From positions 1-26,024 of the IMG/VR virus record IMGVR_UViG_3300049730_000183: DNA of 26,024 nucleotides; one strand, written 5' to 3'. The notes below the pieces were generated by a model, which saw nothing but the letters and a program-made list of their open reading frames with translations, did not search any database and was not told where the DNA came from. This DNA is from a virus (lineage: Duplodnaviria > Caudoviricetes). Shown here piece after piece: positions 25,953 through 26,024 of this stretch (position 1 is the first letter of the stretch; the number at the start of each line of letters is the position of its first letter). The position numbers and the translations under genes are program-made.

Positions 25953-26024
25953 CTTACGTCCACGTTAGTGCTAACGAGCTGCCCATGGCAAACTATTGAG
26001 AAATTGCAGCCGCGCGCGCGCACC

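Noticed and set aside
25965-25974. TTAGCACT resembling a CIRCE (HrcA) half-site
   Set aside because: There is no second arm at 9-nt spacing; it is part of a short local palindrome.
1-26024. Frequent CGATCG/GCGATCGC (HIP1-like) sites
   Set aside because: They are plausibly due to GCG-ATC-GNN codon usage in GC-rich genes; enrichment cannot be shown without a Markov-model count.

Overview
This window is a 26 kb, all minus-strand packaging and morphogenesis region of a lambda-like tailed phage or prophage. No integrase or att site is visible, so free phage versus prophage cannot be decided. Reading right to left: small terminase, a small hypothetical gene, GpA-type large terminase, a ~4.6 kb accessory insert, gpW-like adaptor, lambda-family portal, ClpP-type prohead protease/scaffold, major capsid, neck and tail genes with a very short tape-measure-like gene, an Ig-domain virion protein, a 1154 aa beta-helix tailspike, small membrane/lipoprotein genes, and a >=1206-codon ORF that runs off the left edge and is missing from the ORF track. 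The main finding is the insert between terL and the head genes. It carries a coupled NurA nuclease, HerA ATPase and DPPY DNA methyltransferase operon with its own sigma70-like promoter and a structured ~90 nt leader. The insert ends in a stand-alone Nu1/Xis-like winged-helix gene next to a 10-bp-phased GTGGAC repeat array in front of the head operon. All assignments come from motifs and gene order read by eye; no searches were run.
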